From Thermococcus sp. JdFR-02 (GTDB lineage: Archaea > Methanobacteriota_B > Thermococci > Thermococcales > Thermococcaceae): a DNA stretch of 64,000 bases. The notes beneath the pieces are model-generated. The model did not search any database, was not told the origin of the DNA, and was given only the letters and a program-made list of their open reading frames with translations. The stretch spans positions 192,001-256,000 of the forward strand of contig MTLP01000042.1 in the NCBI GenBank assembly GCA_002009975.1, given 5' to 3'. The position numbers were made by a program, and so were the translations under genes. Below, piece by piece: positions 51,561 through 62,863 of this stretch (position 1 is its first letter; every line of letters starts with the position of its first letter).

Positions 51561-52567
51561 ACTAACACCCCCTTGGTTGGTGTTGAGAAAACATCTTCAA
51601 CAACATCCTCCTTAGTTGGCCATGGACTTTCTTCTGCAAACTTCACAGCCTCTTCAATCTCCTTTCTTGCCTTTTCCCACATCTTTTCAAGTTCTTCTTT
51701 TGTAGCAATGCCCTTCTTTAGAAGAACGTCTTCAAAAATCTTAATTGGATCTTTGTTATTCTTCCACCACTCTATCTCTTCTTTTGATCTGTAAACCTCA
51801 GGATCACCCTCAAAGTGTCCTCTGAACCTGTAGGTCTTCACTTCTATTAAAGTTGGTCCTTCTCCTCTTCTCGCCCTTTCAATGGCTTCCTTAGCAACTT
51901 CATACACAGCCAAAACATCTTGCCCATCCACTGCGACACCAGGGATCCCATATGCTTTTCCTCTTTCTGCAACGCTCTTAATTGTCTGTTGCTTTGAGTA
52001 TGGGAGGGATATTTGATATAAATTATTCTCACAAACAAATACTACTGGAAGCTTCCATATTGATGCTATGTTTATTCCTTCATGGAAATTTTGCTGGTTT
52101 GAAGCACCTTCACCAAAGAAGGCAACTGCAACGCTGTCAAGACCGTTTAGCTTTATCCCTAACGCCGCACCTACTGCATGTGGAATTCCGCCACCAACGA
52201 TACCATTTGCTCCCAATTCACCAATCTCAACATCAGCGATGTGCATTGAGCCACCTTTACCTTTACATATTCCCGTCTTCTTTCCAAAGAGCTCAGCCAT
52301 TGAAGCCTTTATACAACCTCCTTTTGCAATGTAATGACCATGACCTCTGTGTGTGCTTGTTATAAAGTCATCTTTTCTTAAATGCGCCATGATACCTACT
52401 GCAACTGCTTCCTCACCAACGTATAAGTGAACAAATCCCGGAACTTTTCCCTGTGCAAAAAGTTCTGCGACTCTTTCTTCATGTACTCTAATCCTTACCA
52501 TGGTCTCATACATCCACAATAGGGTTTCTTTCGGAATTTCCTCCACAACCATTTTATTTTCCTCCAT
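51548..52567 (-). CDS. acoA: Acetoin/2-oxoacid dehydrogenase E1 alpha subunit (TPP)
   Basis: PGFVHLYVGEEA, STHRGHGH, GKGGSMH, GEGA...NN TPP motif and YRFRGHFEGD. Confidence 0.85.
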   Translation of the reverse strand: MEENKMVVEEIPKETLLWMYETMVRIRVHEERVAELFAQGKVPGFVHLYVGEEAVAVGIMAHLRKDDFITSTHRGHGHYIAKGGCIKASMAELFGKKTGICKGKGGSMHIADVEIGELGANGIVGGGIPHAVGAALGIKLNGLDSVAVAFFGEGASNQQNFHEGINIASIWKLPVVFVCENNLYQISLPYSKQQTIKSVAERGKAYGIPGVAVDGQDVLAVYEVAKEAIERARRGEGPTLIEVKTYRFRGHFEGDPEVYRSKEEIEWWKNNKDPIKIFEDVLLKKGIATKEELEKMWEKARKEIEEAVKFAEESPWPTKEDVVEDVFSTPTKGVLVWQW

Positions 52568-52580
52568 AGGTTTTAGATTG

Positions 52581-52672
52581 TATCAAGACTGTTCTAGAGT
52601 TTATCAAGAACAGACTTTAGTCGATATAGTAGTTTGTAAAACTACTATATACGTTTTTCGCAAACGTTATAT
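52581..52672. promoter_or_regulatory. Divergent promoter with three inverted repeats
   Basis: ATATAGTAGTTT-GTA-AAACTACTATAT (52624-52650), CTGTTCT-N11-AGAACAG (52589-52613) and ACGTTT-N5-AAACGT (52651-52667). Confidence 0.6.
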
Positions 52673-52724
52673 ATTTATGACAACTATTAATGCATAAAAA
52701 CATTGTCACGTGGGGGCAAAAATT

Positions 52725-52970
52725 ATGACAAAAATAAATATAATTATGCCAAAATTTGGAATGACAATGCAAAAAGGGACAATAATAGAGTGGAAGAAAA
52801 CAGTGGGTGAAAAAGTGGAGAAAGGAGAAGTTATAGCAGTTGTAGAATCCGAAAAAATAACGGGGGAAATAGAAGCTCCAGCATCTGGAATATTAGCGGA
52901 GATTTTATATGAAGTAGGTGCTGAAGTCCCTGTGGGCGAGAGAATAGCCATAATTGAAACGGAAGAGTGA
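52725..52970 (+). CDS. Stand-alone lipoyl domain
   Basis: MPKFGMTM..GTI.EW.K..GE.VEKGE...ESEKIT.EIEAPASG, with the lipoyl Lys intact. Confidence 0.9.
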   Translation: MTKINIIMPKFGMTMQKGTIIEWKKTVGEKVEKGEVIAVVESEKITGEIEAPASGILAEILYEVGAEVPVGERIAIIETEE

Positions 52971-52974
52971 TCAT

Positions 52975-53793
52975 ATGGTGAGTGAAGAAGTTAGAATGAT
53001 AGCTGAGCAATACGATATTGATTTGTCCAAAATAAAAGGTTCTGGTCCTAATGGAGAAGTCACTCTCCATGACCTCGAAGCCTATATAAAGGAGCATTTT
53101 TATCCAAAAGTAAAGCAAGAAGTTAAGATCTTCGGGATTAGGAAGGTCATAGCAGACAGGCTCTCAAAAAGTTACAGAGAAGCAGTTCATGTAACACTTA
53201 ACATGGAGATTGAGATGGACAAACTCATTGAGATTAGAGGGAAACTGGCAGAAAAACTTGAAAAAAAGCCTTCCTATACGGTTTTAATGCTTAAATGCAT
53301 TGCAAAAGCAATTAGAGACTTCATAGAAATAAATGCAACAATGGAAGGAGACAAGATAATTATTTATGATGACATTAATATAAACGTGGCTGTAGACAGT
53401 CCAATAGGCTTAATAACACCAGTTATTAGAAATGTAGATAGAAAAAGCTTAGAAGAACTTTTGAATGACTATCAGGGCTTAGTTGAGAGGGTTAAAAAGG
53501 GTATCCTTAAGGAGAAGGATTTTGTTGGAGGGACTTTTACAATAACAAATCTCGGCATGTTTGGGATTGATTCTTTTACCCCAATTATCAATCCACCACA
53601 AATAGCAATTTTGGGGCTTAACAGAATTGTAAAAAAGCCTGTAATAAAAGATGGAAAAGTTGAGAGCTGCAATGTCATGAATGTATCCTTAAGCTTTGAC
53701 CATAGGGCAATAGATGGAGCTCCAGCTGCTAAGTTTTTGCAAAAAGTAAAATATTACATAGAGAACCCAGAGGAAGTGTTTAGAGTTGAGTGA
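52975..53793 (+). CDS. Dihydrolipoamide acyltransferase E2 (subunit-binding and catalytic domains, no lipoyl domain)
   Basis: IDLSKIKGSGPNGEVT (subunit-binding domain), GGTFTITNLG, PIINPPQ and catalytic DHRAIDG. Confidence 0.9.
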   Translation: MVSEEVRMIAEQYDIDLSKIKGSGPNGEVTLHDLEAYIKEHFYPKVKQEVKIFGIRKVIADRLSKSYREAVHVTLNMEIEMDKLIEIRGKLAEKLEKKPSYTVLMLKCIAKAIRDFIEINATMEGDKIIIYDDININVAVDSPIGLITPVIRNVDRKSLEELLNDYQGLVERVKKGILKEKDFVGGTFTITNLGMFGIDSFTPIINPPQIAILGLNRIVKKPVIKDGKVESCNVMNVSLSFDHRAIDGAPAAKFLQKVKYYIENPEEVFRVE

Positions 53794-54163
53794 ATGGAAA
53801 AGGTATGTCATAGAAATCGGCATGGGAATTGATCAACACGGTCAAGATTCAACAAAGGCTAGCATAAAAGCAGTTAAAGATGCTATAAGTAGAGTTTGTG
53901 CCGTTGGACTACTCGAGTTGTTTGGGCTTGATTTTGAAAAAGATGTAAAGGTTGAAGCCCTCATAGGTGTCCCTTACCCAGAAAAAGTCGACATTGAGAA
54001 AGTTTGTGAAGCTATTCCCTTAAAGTGTGAGAAAGCTATTACAGTTGTTAGCGGAGGATTAAGCGGTCCAGGTATTATCCTTGAAGAGTTTGGAGATAAA
54101 ACGAATGAAATACTTATTGCACTCGCATTCATCACAGTATACGTAAGGAGAGAAAGCATATGA
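53786..54163 (+). CDS. Lin0512-like conserved protein
   Basis: IEIGMGIDQHGQDSTKA...AV.DAI motif. Confidence 0.7.
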   Translation: MSEWKRYVIEIGMGIDQHGQDSTKASIKAVKDAISRVCAVGLLELFGLDFEKDVKVEALIGVPYPEKVDIEKVCEAIPLKCEKAITVVSGGLSGPGIILEEFGDKTNEILIALAFITVYVRRESI

Positions 54164-55140
54164 AAAAAACTACGGTTGGCATCATCGCAAATCCCGAATC
54201 TGGAAGGGACATAAGGCGATTAGTGGCACATGCTAGTGTTTTTGATAATATGGAGAAGGTCAACATAGTCGAAAGACTTTTACTCACACTTCAAGATTTA
54301 GGTGTTGAGAAAGTTTTAGCTATGCCAGAAACCTTTGGAATCATTCCTGCAGCCACACATGCCATAGAAGACCATTTGAAGATTGAAGTTGAAGTTATCC
54401 CAATGAGAGTTTTTGGAAATTGGGAGGACACATTTGAGGCTGCAAAGTTAATGAAAGATAAAGTAAGCGTAATAATTGTCATTGGGGGAGACGGGACTAA
54501 CAGAATTGTTGCAAAAGTCTGTGAGGATATACCAATAATGCCAATCTCAACAGGAACCAACAATGTATTTCCCTATATGATAGAGGCTACAATAGCAGGT
54601 GAAGCAGTTGCAGCTATAGCTATGGGTATCGTAAAACCTGAAGAAGGTACTTACAAAGCTAAAAGGGTTGAGATTTTTGAAGATGGGAATTTGAAGGATA
54701 TAGCTCTAATTGATGTTGTTGCAACAATGCATTCATTTATAGGTTCAAGAGCTGTGTGGAAGCCAGAATACTTAAAAGAAATTGTTGTTAGCAGGTGTTC
54801 ACCTTCAAACATCGGGTTAAGCTCAATCCCAGGGATACTGAAAGAGATAACAGAGAGAGATGATTTAGGAATGTATATTGAAGTTGGGGAAGGTAGGAAA
54901 GTAAAAGCTCCGATAGCTCCAGGAGTTCTAAGAGAAGTGAGCATTAAAAGCTATAAAACTTTAAAACTTGGTGAAGAAGTTGAGATAAAGACAACTCCAG
55001 CTTTATTTGCTTTAGATGGGGAAAGGGAAGTTGAGATTGAAGGTGAGGTTATAGTGAAAGTTACAAGAAATGGACCGAGAGTTATAGATTATCAAAAAAC
55101 CCTAAAAATTGCAGCTGAACGGGGATTCTTTGAAGACTAA
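54160..55140 (+). CDS. acoX: AcoX-like protein (ATP-NAD kinase family)
   Basis: GIIANPESGRDIRRLVA, GGDGTNR, STGTNNVFP and ALDGERE motifs. Confidence 0.75.
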   Translation: MKKTTVGIIANPESGRDIRRLVAHASVFDNMEKVNIVERLLLTLQDLGVEKVLAMPETFGIIPAATHAIEDHLKIEVEVIPMRVFGNWEDTFEAAKLMKDKVSVIIVIGGDGTNRIVAKVCEDIPIMPISTGTNNVFPYMIEATIAGEAVAAIAMGIVKPEEGTYKAKRVEIFEDGNLKDIALIDVVATMHSFIGSRAVWKPEYLKEIVVSRCSPSNIGLSSIPGILKEITERDDLGMYIEVGEGRKVKAPIAPGVLREVSIKSYKTLKLGEEVEIKTTPALFALDGEREVEIEGEVIVKVTRNGPRVIDYQKTLKIAAERGFFED

Positions 55141-55934
55141 CCCAGAACTTCTTCAATTTTTCTTTCAATTTTCTTTGTATCTATATTTGGAGATCGCTTT
55201 AAATTCCATTCTTCCTTTGAGTATTTTTGCTTATAGAGTATTTGAGCAACTTTGAGCTCTTTTTTTGTTGGATTATCAAAATAGGGCTTAGCTGAAAGAA
55301 CTTTTGAATAACCGAAAATAAGAGCATCCCTCATTTTTTCATAGTTCAAATCTTCCACAAACCGTGAAAGGTTGGCAACTCTATATTTTACTGGGTCTAT
55401 TGAGTCCTTAACACTTTTGGGGACCTTTAAAAGGAAATAAAGCATGTTTAGGTCTGAATTGATCAAAATCGAACCATGTAAAAATAGAACGTTCCATTTT
55501 ATACTTCCTGCAGTGCCGGATATCTTTTTTCCATTCACAACAATATCGTTTGTGTTTTTTATGTGAGGTTTAATCCCTAATTTTTTCAAAGCTATTAACG
55601 TGCCTTTTAAAAGTTCATTATAGAGGTAAGAAACTGGGAATCTTACGCTTCTCTTTATTACTATGGAATAGTTTACACATCCCAAATCATGATAAACCGT
55701 TCCTCCACCACTAAAGCGTCTAACAATTGAGAAGTTCATTTCTTTTGCTCTTAAAAGATTTATGTCATCTTCAGCATTTCTAAAATAGCCCAAAACCAAC
55801 GCCTTTTCATTTCTCCATATCCTTAAGGTGTCCTCAACTAAATCTTTTGCTCTAACCCTAGCCAAAGCTTCTTCAAAAGCCAAATTTAAGTGAGGATTTC
55901 TTGGAGTTTCGTAAGTTAAAACTCTAATAGGCAT
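55137..55934 (-). CDS. lplA: Lipoate-protein ligase (catalytic domain)
   Basis: NLAFEEAL, RRFSGGGTVYHD, NDI..NGKKISG and HGSIL motifs. Confidence 0.9.
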   Translation of the reverse strand: MPIRVLTYETPRNPHLNLAFEEALARVRAKDLVEDTLRIWRNEKALVLGYFRNAEDDINLLRAKEMNFSIVRRFSGGGTVYHDLGCVNYSIVIKRSVRFPVSYLYNELLKGTLIALKKLGIKPHIKNTNDIVVNGKKISGTAGSIKWNVLFLHGSILINSDLNMLYFLLKVPKSVKDSIDPVKYRVANLSRFVEDLNYEKMRDALIFGYSKVLSAKPYFDNPTKKELKVAQILYKQKYSKEEWNLKRSPNIDTKKIERKIEEVLG

Positions 55935-55974
55935 GATTAAAGAAACGTAAAAGAAATAATTAAGCCTTTTGAAA

Positions 55975-57240
55975 TTAAAGAGCGAGAGATTCAAAAAGCT
56001 TACTCCAGAGTTTTAAAGGTGTTAATTCAGTTAACATTAAAAAACCAATTAAAACAAGCAAAATCCCAAGAGCTTTTTCCCATTTTCTGCCTTTGCTAAC
56101 ACTTAAGGAAAGCTTGTTGGATAGGAATTTTCTATTTATCCATTCAGCTAGCTCCTTTGAACTTAAGATCAGATAGAGCGTCAATCCCAAGCCTAAGGAA
56201 TAGACAAACATAACTACAAAACCCCTAATAAAATCTCCACTCAGCGCTGCTGTCAATATTGCAAAGCCCACGTAAGGTGCTATACATCCAATCCATGTTA
56301 CTCCTAATGCCGTCCCAAACAAAAAGTCAGCCAATTTTCCTTGCCTTTTTGTAATTCTATTAGCAGAGCTTTGAAATAGAGATAAATGCTCAATTAAAAG
56401 TGTCTCTGCCCTGTTGCTTATCATAAGAGTACCGAGAATTATGAATCCCACACCACCAATTAAATAAAAAAGCGATGCAATTTGTGCTACAAATGAACCC
56501 AAGCTTCCAGCCAATGCTCCAAGTAGTGAAAAGCTCACAATAATTCCAGAAATTATAAGTTCAAGGTTTCTTTTTGCTAAAATTAAGGTAAAACCGCTAA
56601 TTATCAAAGGTAGGACACAAGGGGAGAATATACTCAAAATTCCAGCTGAAAAGATTGTTAATAGAACTGCAAATGAAATTTTGGATTTTTCTTGCTTTTC
56701 ACTTTGGAAAGTTTGCTTATCTTTTGTGGCCTCTTTTATAAACGATTCAAAGCTCTTTGGGCTTAAAGCACCAATCGCGACTCCTTTAAGAATTTTCTCG
56801 CCCTTTTCAACCTTAAAAACAACCATAGTTGGTGTTCCAGGAACAGAAACAGTTATTTCTTCCTTTTCACTCTTTGGGACATAATAGCCAGCATTATCTG
56901 GCTGAATGACAAGAACCTTGTCTTTTATTATATACCTTAATGATTTAATTTCTCGTCCTTTATATACATCAACAGCGACTGGAATGATATTTTGATCCAT
57001 TAACTCAGCAATGTTTGGATCAGCAAACACACTCTCCTTCATATAATTACAGGCAGGGCAAGTTTGAGAATGGTAAAAGAGGAAAAAATATTCCCCTTCA
57101 TGGGAGCTTATAATCTTGGTGAGTTCATCCATTGTGGTAACATCGATAAACTGTACTTTTCCAAAGGTAATCGTTTGATTGGCAAACACAAACCCAGTCA
57201 ACATCAGTGTCAAAAAGAGGAAACTTATCTTTTTCATCAT
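55975..57240 (-). CDS. Thioredoxin-fold (CPAC) and CcdA/DsbD membrane-domain fusion
   Basis: Signal peptide, CPAC, GTPT, AGILSIFSPCVLP and WIGCIAP. Confidence 0.85.
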   Translation of the reverse strand: MMKKISFLFLTLMLTGFVFANQTITFGKVQFIDVTTMDELTKIISSHEGEYFFLFYHSQTCPACNYMKESVFADPNIAELMDQNIIPVAVDVYKGREIKSLRYIIKDKVLVIQPDNAGYYVPKSEKEEITVSVPGTPTMVVFKVEKGEKILKGVAIGALSPKSFESFIKEATKDKQTFQSEKQEKSKISFAVLLTIFSAGILSIFSPCVLPLIISGFTLILAKRNLELIISGIIVSFSLLGALAGSLGSFVAQIASLFYLIGGVGFIILGTLMISNRAETLLIEHLSLFQSSANRITKRQGKLADFLFGTALGVTWIGCIAPYVGFAILTAALSGDFIRGFVVMFVYSLGLGLTLYLILSSKELAEWINRKFLSNKLSLSVSKGRKWEKALGILLVLIGFLMLTELTPLKLWSKLFESLAL

Positions 57241-57273
57241 TAACACCAAATCCTGAGTGAAACTAAAAAATAA

Positions 57274-59013
<1,740 letters not shown>

Positions 59014-59017
59014 AGCT

Positions 59018-59944
59018 TCATTCCTTCTCTTGTTCATATTCCTTCTGTACTTTCTCCAAGATCTCTTCTTCTAAGCTCTTTTTTAGCTTTGTTAGCTCCC
59101 AATAGAACATCAGTCCACCAATTGCCATTACAGTTTGAATCAAAGCTTGGAAAGGTGTTTCAAGAAGTTGCATTATGAGCTGGGCTGTAAAGCCAGAGCT
59201 ACCTAAGAACGCTAGCCCCATGAATGAGCCTGGAATAACTGTTATTAATATCGCGGAAACAAGCAAAAGTGCCCCAAAGCCAAGCGTTGAAAGTTTGTTT
59301 CTCCATCCCAAACCGAAGCAACCAAATGCTGATGAGATTGAACCCTTAGTCGCATAAATGGGCACTGCCATTGAAGCCGCTCCTACCAAAAAAGTTGCTA
59401 AAGGAATTTCCAAGAGAAAAATTAACAGAAACACTAATACAAACAAAGTTTCAAATGAACCGGCGAATGCTCCAGCTGCTGCTATTAACATCGCTGGAAT
59501 AAGAGCAACAAACAATACAACGACGATAATAATGCCAACTACCAAATTAATGGCAAACACCTGAAACATGTTTTTGATTCCCTCTTTCAAGAGATTTAAT
59601 AGGGAATATCCCTTGCCCTGTTCTATTAAAATTGCACCCCTAATTACGGCATATTCTCCAATTGCTGTTAAAAGTGCTGAAAGTAAAGCAACAATCACGA
59701 AAATTCTTAAGTATTCCATTAACTCTTTAAGCTCATCTTCTGTAAAAACCCTTCCATATTCCTCCACTATAACATTTCCTTGTTTTTCAGCTTTGAATTG
59801 TCCTTCAAATGGCATGGGATAGTTTTTAAATAAGAACGCATTGATTGGGGCGATAATTAGGGCTATCAAGAGCGGAATAAGAACAAGCTTTGGATTTTTA
59901 GTTATAAACTCAATAGTCTTAGCAAAAGCTGTCACTGCACCCAT
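59018..59944 (-). CDS. Multi-pass membrane protein
   Basis: About 6 hydrophobic helices; SD AGGTGG. Confidence 0.75.
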   Translation of the reverse strand: MGAVTAFAKTIEFITKNPKLVLIPLLIALIIAPINAFLFKNYPMPFEGQFKAEKQGNVIVEEYGRVFTEDELKELMEYLRIFVIVALLSALLTAIGEYAVIRGAILIEQGKGYSLLNLLKEGIKNMFQVFAINLVVGIIIVVVLFVALIPAMLIAAAGAFAGSFETLFVLVFLLIFLLEIPLATFLVGAASMAVPIYATKGSISSAFGCFGLGWRNKLSTLGFGALLLVSAILITVIPGSFMGLAFLGSSGFTAQLIMQLLETPFQALIQTVMAIGGLMFYWELTKLKKSLEEEILEKVQKEYEQEKE

Positions 59945-60089
59945 CCTACCACCTAAATCAGTAAATGCACTAACTTTTTAAATATTTATTGTTCATTTTC
60001 TGCACGTGCACCAACAAAAGTTAGAAAAGCTTATAAGCTAACCCCTTAAACATGCTAAAGGATTAAGCTCATCAAGAGAGGTGAGAGTA

Positions 60090-60482
60090 ATGGCTATCTG
60101 GCAAGGAAGATCATTAAAAAAGCCTTCAGGTGGAAGGATAATTTTAGCTAGAAAGAAGAGAAAAAGGGAATTAGGTAGGGAGCCAGCATTTACAAGAGTG
60201 GGTGAAGAAGAGAAAAGAAAAATAATCAGAACATATGGCGGCAACAGAAAAGTTAGATTGATTGAAGCAGTCTACGCAAATGTATTTGACAATGGAAAGG
60301 GCAAAAAAGTTAGAATCTTAAGCGTCATCTCAAACCCAGCAAACAGGCAATACGTTAGAAGAAACATCATTACAAAAGGCGCAATAATCGAGACAGAGAT
60401 TGGAAAGGCAATAGTCACGTCAAGACCTGGACAAGATGGTGTAGTTAACGCTGTTTTGATTAAAGAAGAGGAAAACGCTTGA
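60090..60482 (+). CDS. rps8e: 30S ribosomal protein S8e
   Basis: KPSGGR, RKRELGR, GGNRKVR and TSRPGQDG motifs. Confidence 0.98.
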   Translation: MAIWQGRSLKKPSGGRIILARKKRKRELGREPAFTRVGEEEKRKIIRTYGGNRKVRLIEAVYANVFDNGKGKKVRILSVISNPANRQYVRRNIITKGAIIETEIGKAIVTSRPGQDGVVNAVLIKEEENA

Positions 60483-60573
60483 TTTTGACCTTTCTTAATA
60501 ATTTTACTTTTGCTGACCATTTTGCATGACTAATCGTAGGTAGCTTAATATACAATAGCATTCTTATAGCTAA

Positions 60574-61491
60574 TTGGTGAGATTTGTGGAGTATAGCAGA
60601 ATTGAAAAGATTTTAGCGAGCGCTTTTGTTTTGTTCCTTCTTTTAGCGAGTATAAACTTTCTAAGTGAGCTAAATAATGTTCCCCAAAGACCGGATTTCA
60701 AAGATTATGAATTAAAGTATGTACCGCAAGAGCTTTCGGAGAATCAGACTAGATTACTAATCATGTTCAAGCACTTTAAAAATCTCTATGAAGAGGCGAA
60801 AACTAACTTAACAAAGGCAAATGAGGTCTATATCTTTAAGCGTGAGGAATACAGAGTTGCTTTGGAAAGTGGGAATGCTACGAAAGAGCTTAAAAATGAA
60901 TATTTAAAAGCAAAAGAAAATTATGAGAAGGCTTACTTAACTTTCCAAGCTATCGAGAGAGCTTATAGAGATATAGAAAAACAGCTGAATAACATCAATC
61001 AAAAGATGAGCCAGCTGAGAGAAAAGGCGTATCAAGAGTATAAAAAGGCTTACTCCACTTATCGAACAAAAGTTTTAGCTCTAAAGCTTATCTTTGTACT
61101 CCCTATATTTTTAGCTTCTTTTCTCCTCTTTAAGCGCTATAGGAACATCTATGCTGTATCTTTAGTCGCTTATTCATCCCTTCTGTTTGCTTACTTAATA
61201 GTTCAAGCAGTTTGGAATACTTTTCAAGTAATTGGGTTGAGTCTTTTTGGTGCTGCAGCAACAGCTTTAGCTTTATACTACATTAGAAAAGAATACTTCA
61301 AGCTCGAAAAAGTTTATAAGCGTAGAATTGGGCAAAACAAGTGTTATAATTGTGGATTCCCAATAAAGGGAGATTATTTATACTGTCCAAATTGTGGGAG
61401 TAAATTAAAAGAGAAGTGTAAAAATTGTGGAGAAATGAAGCCAATTTATCTTAACTTCTGTCCCTATTGTGGAGAACTTTCAGAAGAGTAA
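60574..61491 (+). CDS. Membrane protein with coiled coil and C-terminal double zinc ribbon
   Basis: TM, helical hairpin, three TMs, then CYNC/CPNC/CKNC/CPYC. Confidence 0.8.
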   Translation: MVRFVEYSRIEKILASAFVLFLLLASINFLSELNNVPQRPDFKDYELKYVPQELSENQTRLLIMFKHFKNLYEEAKTNLTKANEVYIFKREEYRVALESGNATKELKNEYLKAKENYEKAYLTFQAIERAYRDIEKQLNNINQKMSQLREKAYQEYKKAYSTYRTKVLALKLIFVLPIFLASFLLFKRYRNIYAVSLVAYSSLLFAYLIVQAVWNTFQVIGLSLFGAAATALALYYIRKEYFKLEKVYKRRIGQNKCYNCGFPIKGDYLYCPNCGSKLKEKCKNCGEMKPIYLNFCPYCGELSEE

Positions 61492-62516
61492 ATTGCTCTC
61501 TCCATCTCAGGCTTTAAAATCTCCAATATCTTCTTTTTAACTTCTTCAACTCCAATACCATCTTTTGCAACTATCCTAATTGGATCTACTCCCATTGATT
61601 TTAGGAACTCCTCAACTGCTTTTATTCTCTCTTCATCAGCAACATCAACCTTATTTAACACAACAATGAAAGGAAACTCATTAAATTCCTCATAGATTTC
61701 CCTGAAAAGATGCATTTGAGCTTCTATTGGAAATCCACAGTATTCCGAAGGGTCAAAAATGTAAACTATAATCTTCCCTAAATGCTTTAAAGCAAGAATC
61801 GCTTGCCTCTCTATTTCGTTCCTTTCACTCAATGGTCTATCTAAAAGTCCGGGAGTGTCAATTACTTGGTACCTAAGCCAATGCTCTTCAAACTGCCCAA
61901 CGTTAATTCCCTTAGTTGTGAAAGGATAGCTCGCTATCTCTGGCTTTGCATTTGTGAGCCGTCTCAAAAGGGTTGATTTCCCAACATTTGGATGTCCAGC
62001 AATAACAATAGTAGGTGAATTTAAGTCCACAACTGGTAAATCCTTTAAAACATCCCTTGCTTTGTTTAGATACTCCAAATTGTCTTTTATGTCTTTTATA
62101 ATGCTTGCAACTCTTCCATAGAACTGTCTTCTAAGCTGGGCAATCTCCCTTGGATCCTTACTATAGCGAATTTTCTCTACATATCTATCTTCAAGCATTT
62201 TTATCGTTTTTATTGCCCAGTTTATTGAAGCTAAAGCCTTGTGAAACATTTTTCTATCAACTAAGATATCCAAAAGTTCCTGATAAAAAGGAGGTAATGT
62301 GCTAACTCCAGGTGTCCTATCCAAGACTTTTCTTAAATTATCTCGCAAAGTTTGAGAAACTGTTCTTATTCTAACCTCCTCTCTTTGTCTCGCTTTTCTT
62401 ATTTTACTTCCATATGGGGTGACAGCATCAGCAGCTTTCTCTGCTCTTCTAAAAGCTTTATCTATTAACTCATCAGCTAAAAGGATTGTAGGCATTTTTT
62501 CAAAGGGATTCTTCAT
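61464..62516 (-). CDS. NOG1-family GTPase
   Basis: GHPNVGKST, YPFTTK, DTPGLLDRP...RN.IE and NKVD motifs. Confidence 0.92.
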   Translation of the reverse strand: MKNPFEKMPTILLADELIDKAFRRAEKAADAVTPYGSKIRKARQREEVRIRTVSQTLRDNLRKVLDRTPGVSTLPPFYQELLDILVDRKMFHKALASINWAIKTIKMLEDRYVEKIRYSKDPREIAQLRRQFYGRVASIIKDIKDNLEYLNKARDVLKDLPVVDLNSPTIVIAGHPNVGKSTLLRRLTNAKPEIASYPFTTKGINVGQFEEHWLRYQVIDTPGLLDRPLSERNEIERQAILALKHLGKIIVYIFDPSEYCGFPIEAQMHLFREIYEEFNEFPFIVVLNKVDVADEERIKAVEEFLKSMGVDPIRIVAKDGIGVEEVKKKILEILKPEMERAIYSSESSPQ

Positions 62517-62590
62517 CTCACTCACCTCTTACTCGTCTCGCTTTTCTTAGGTTTTGCATGTGGGTTTTTAAAACTTTGGAATTATCAGTC

Positions 62591-62854
62591 CTATAATTTA
62601 AGCTCCTCTCCCAGACCTCTTTTTTTCCAGATTATTTTCCCATCCTTTCTTACAACAGCTAAAATTCTGTGATAAGGTATTTGTGCATCTTCGATAAAGA
62701 AGTAGCCATGTCCAAGCTCAATGAATTTAACTGGAATCTTCTTAACATCTCCATAAGCCCCTCTATGCTCAATCACAACGTAATAATCTTCCTCCTTTTC
62801 TCTCGGATCGTATTTTAATTTTGCCAGAACTTCTTTAACAAAGCCTTTTCTCAT
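62591..62854 (-). CDS. UPF0248/DUF504-like protein
   Basis: L.KLKYDP...HRG...IPYHRI motif. Confidence 0.8.
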   Translation of the reverse strand: MRKGFVKEVLAKLKYDPREKEEDYYVVIEHRGAYGDVKKIPVKFIELGHGYFFIEDAQIPYHRILAVVRKDGKIIWKKRGLGEELKL

Positions 62855-62863
62855 GAAAGCACC

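Noticed and set aside
52632-52642. SurR site in the aco promoter
   Set aside because: The spacing is GTT-N5-AAC, not the GTT-N3-AAC SurR consensus.
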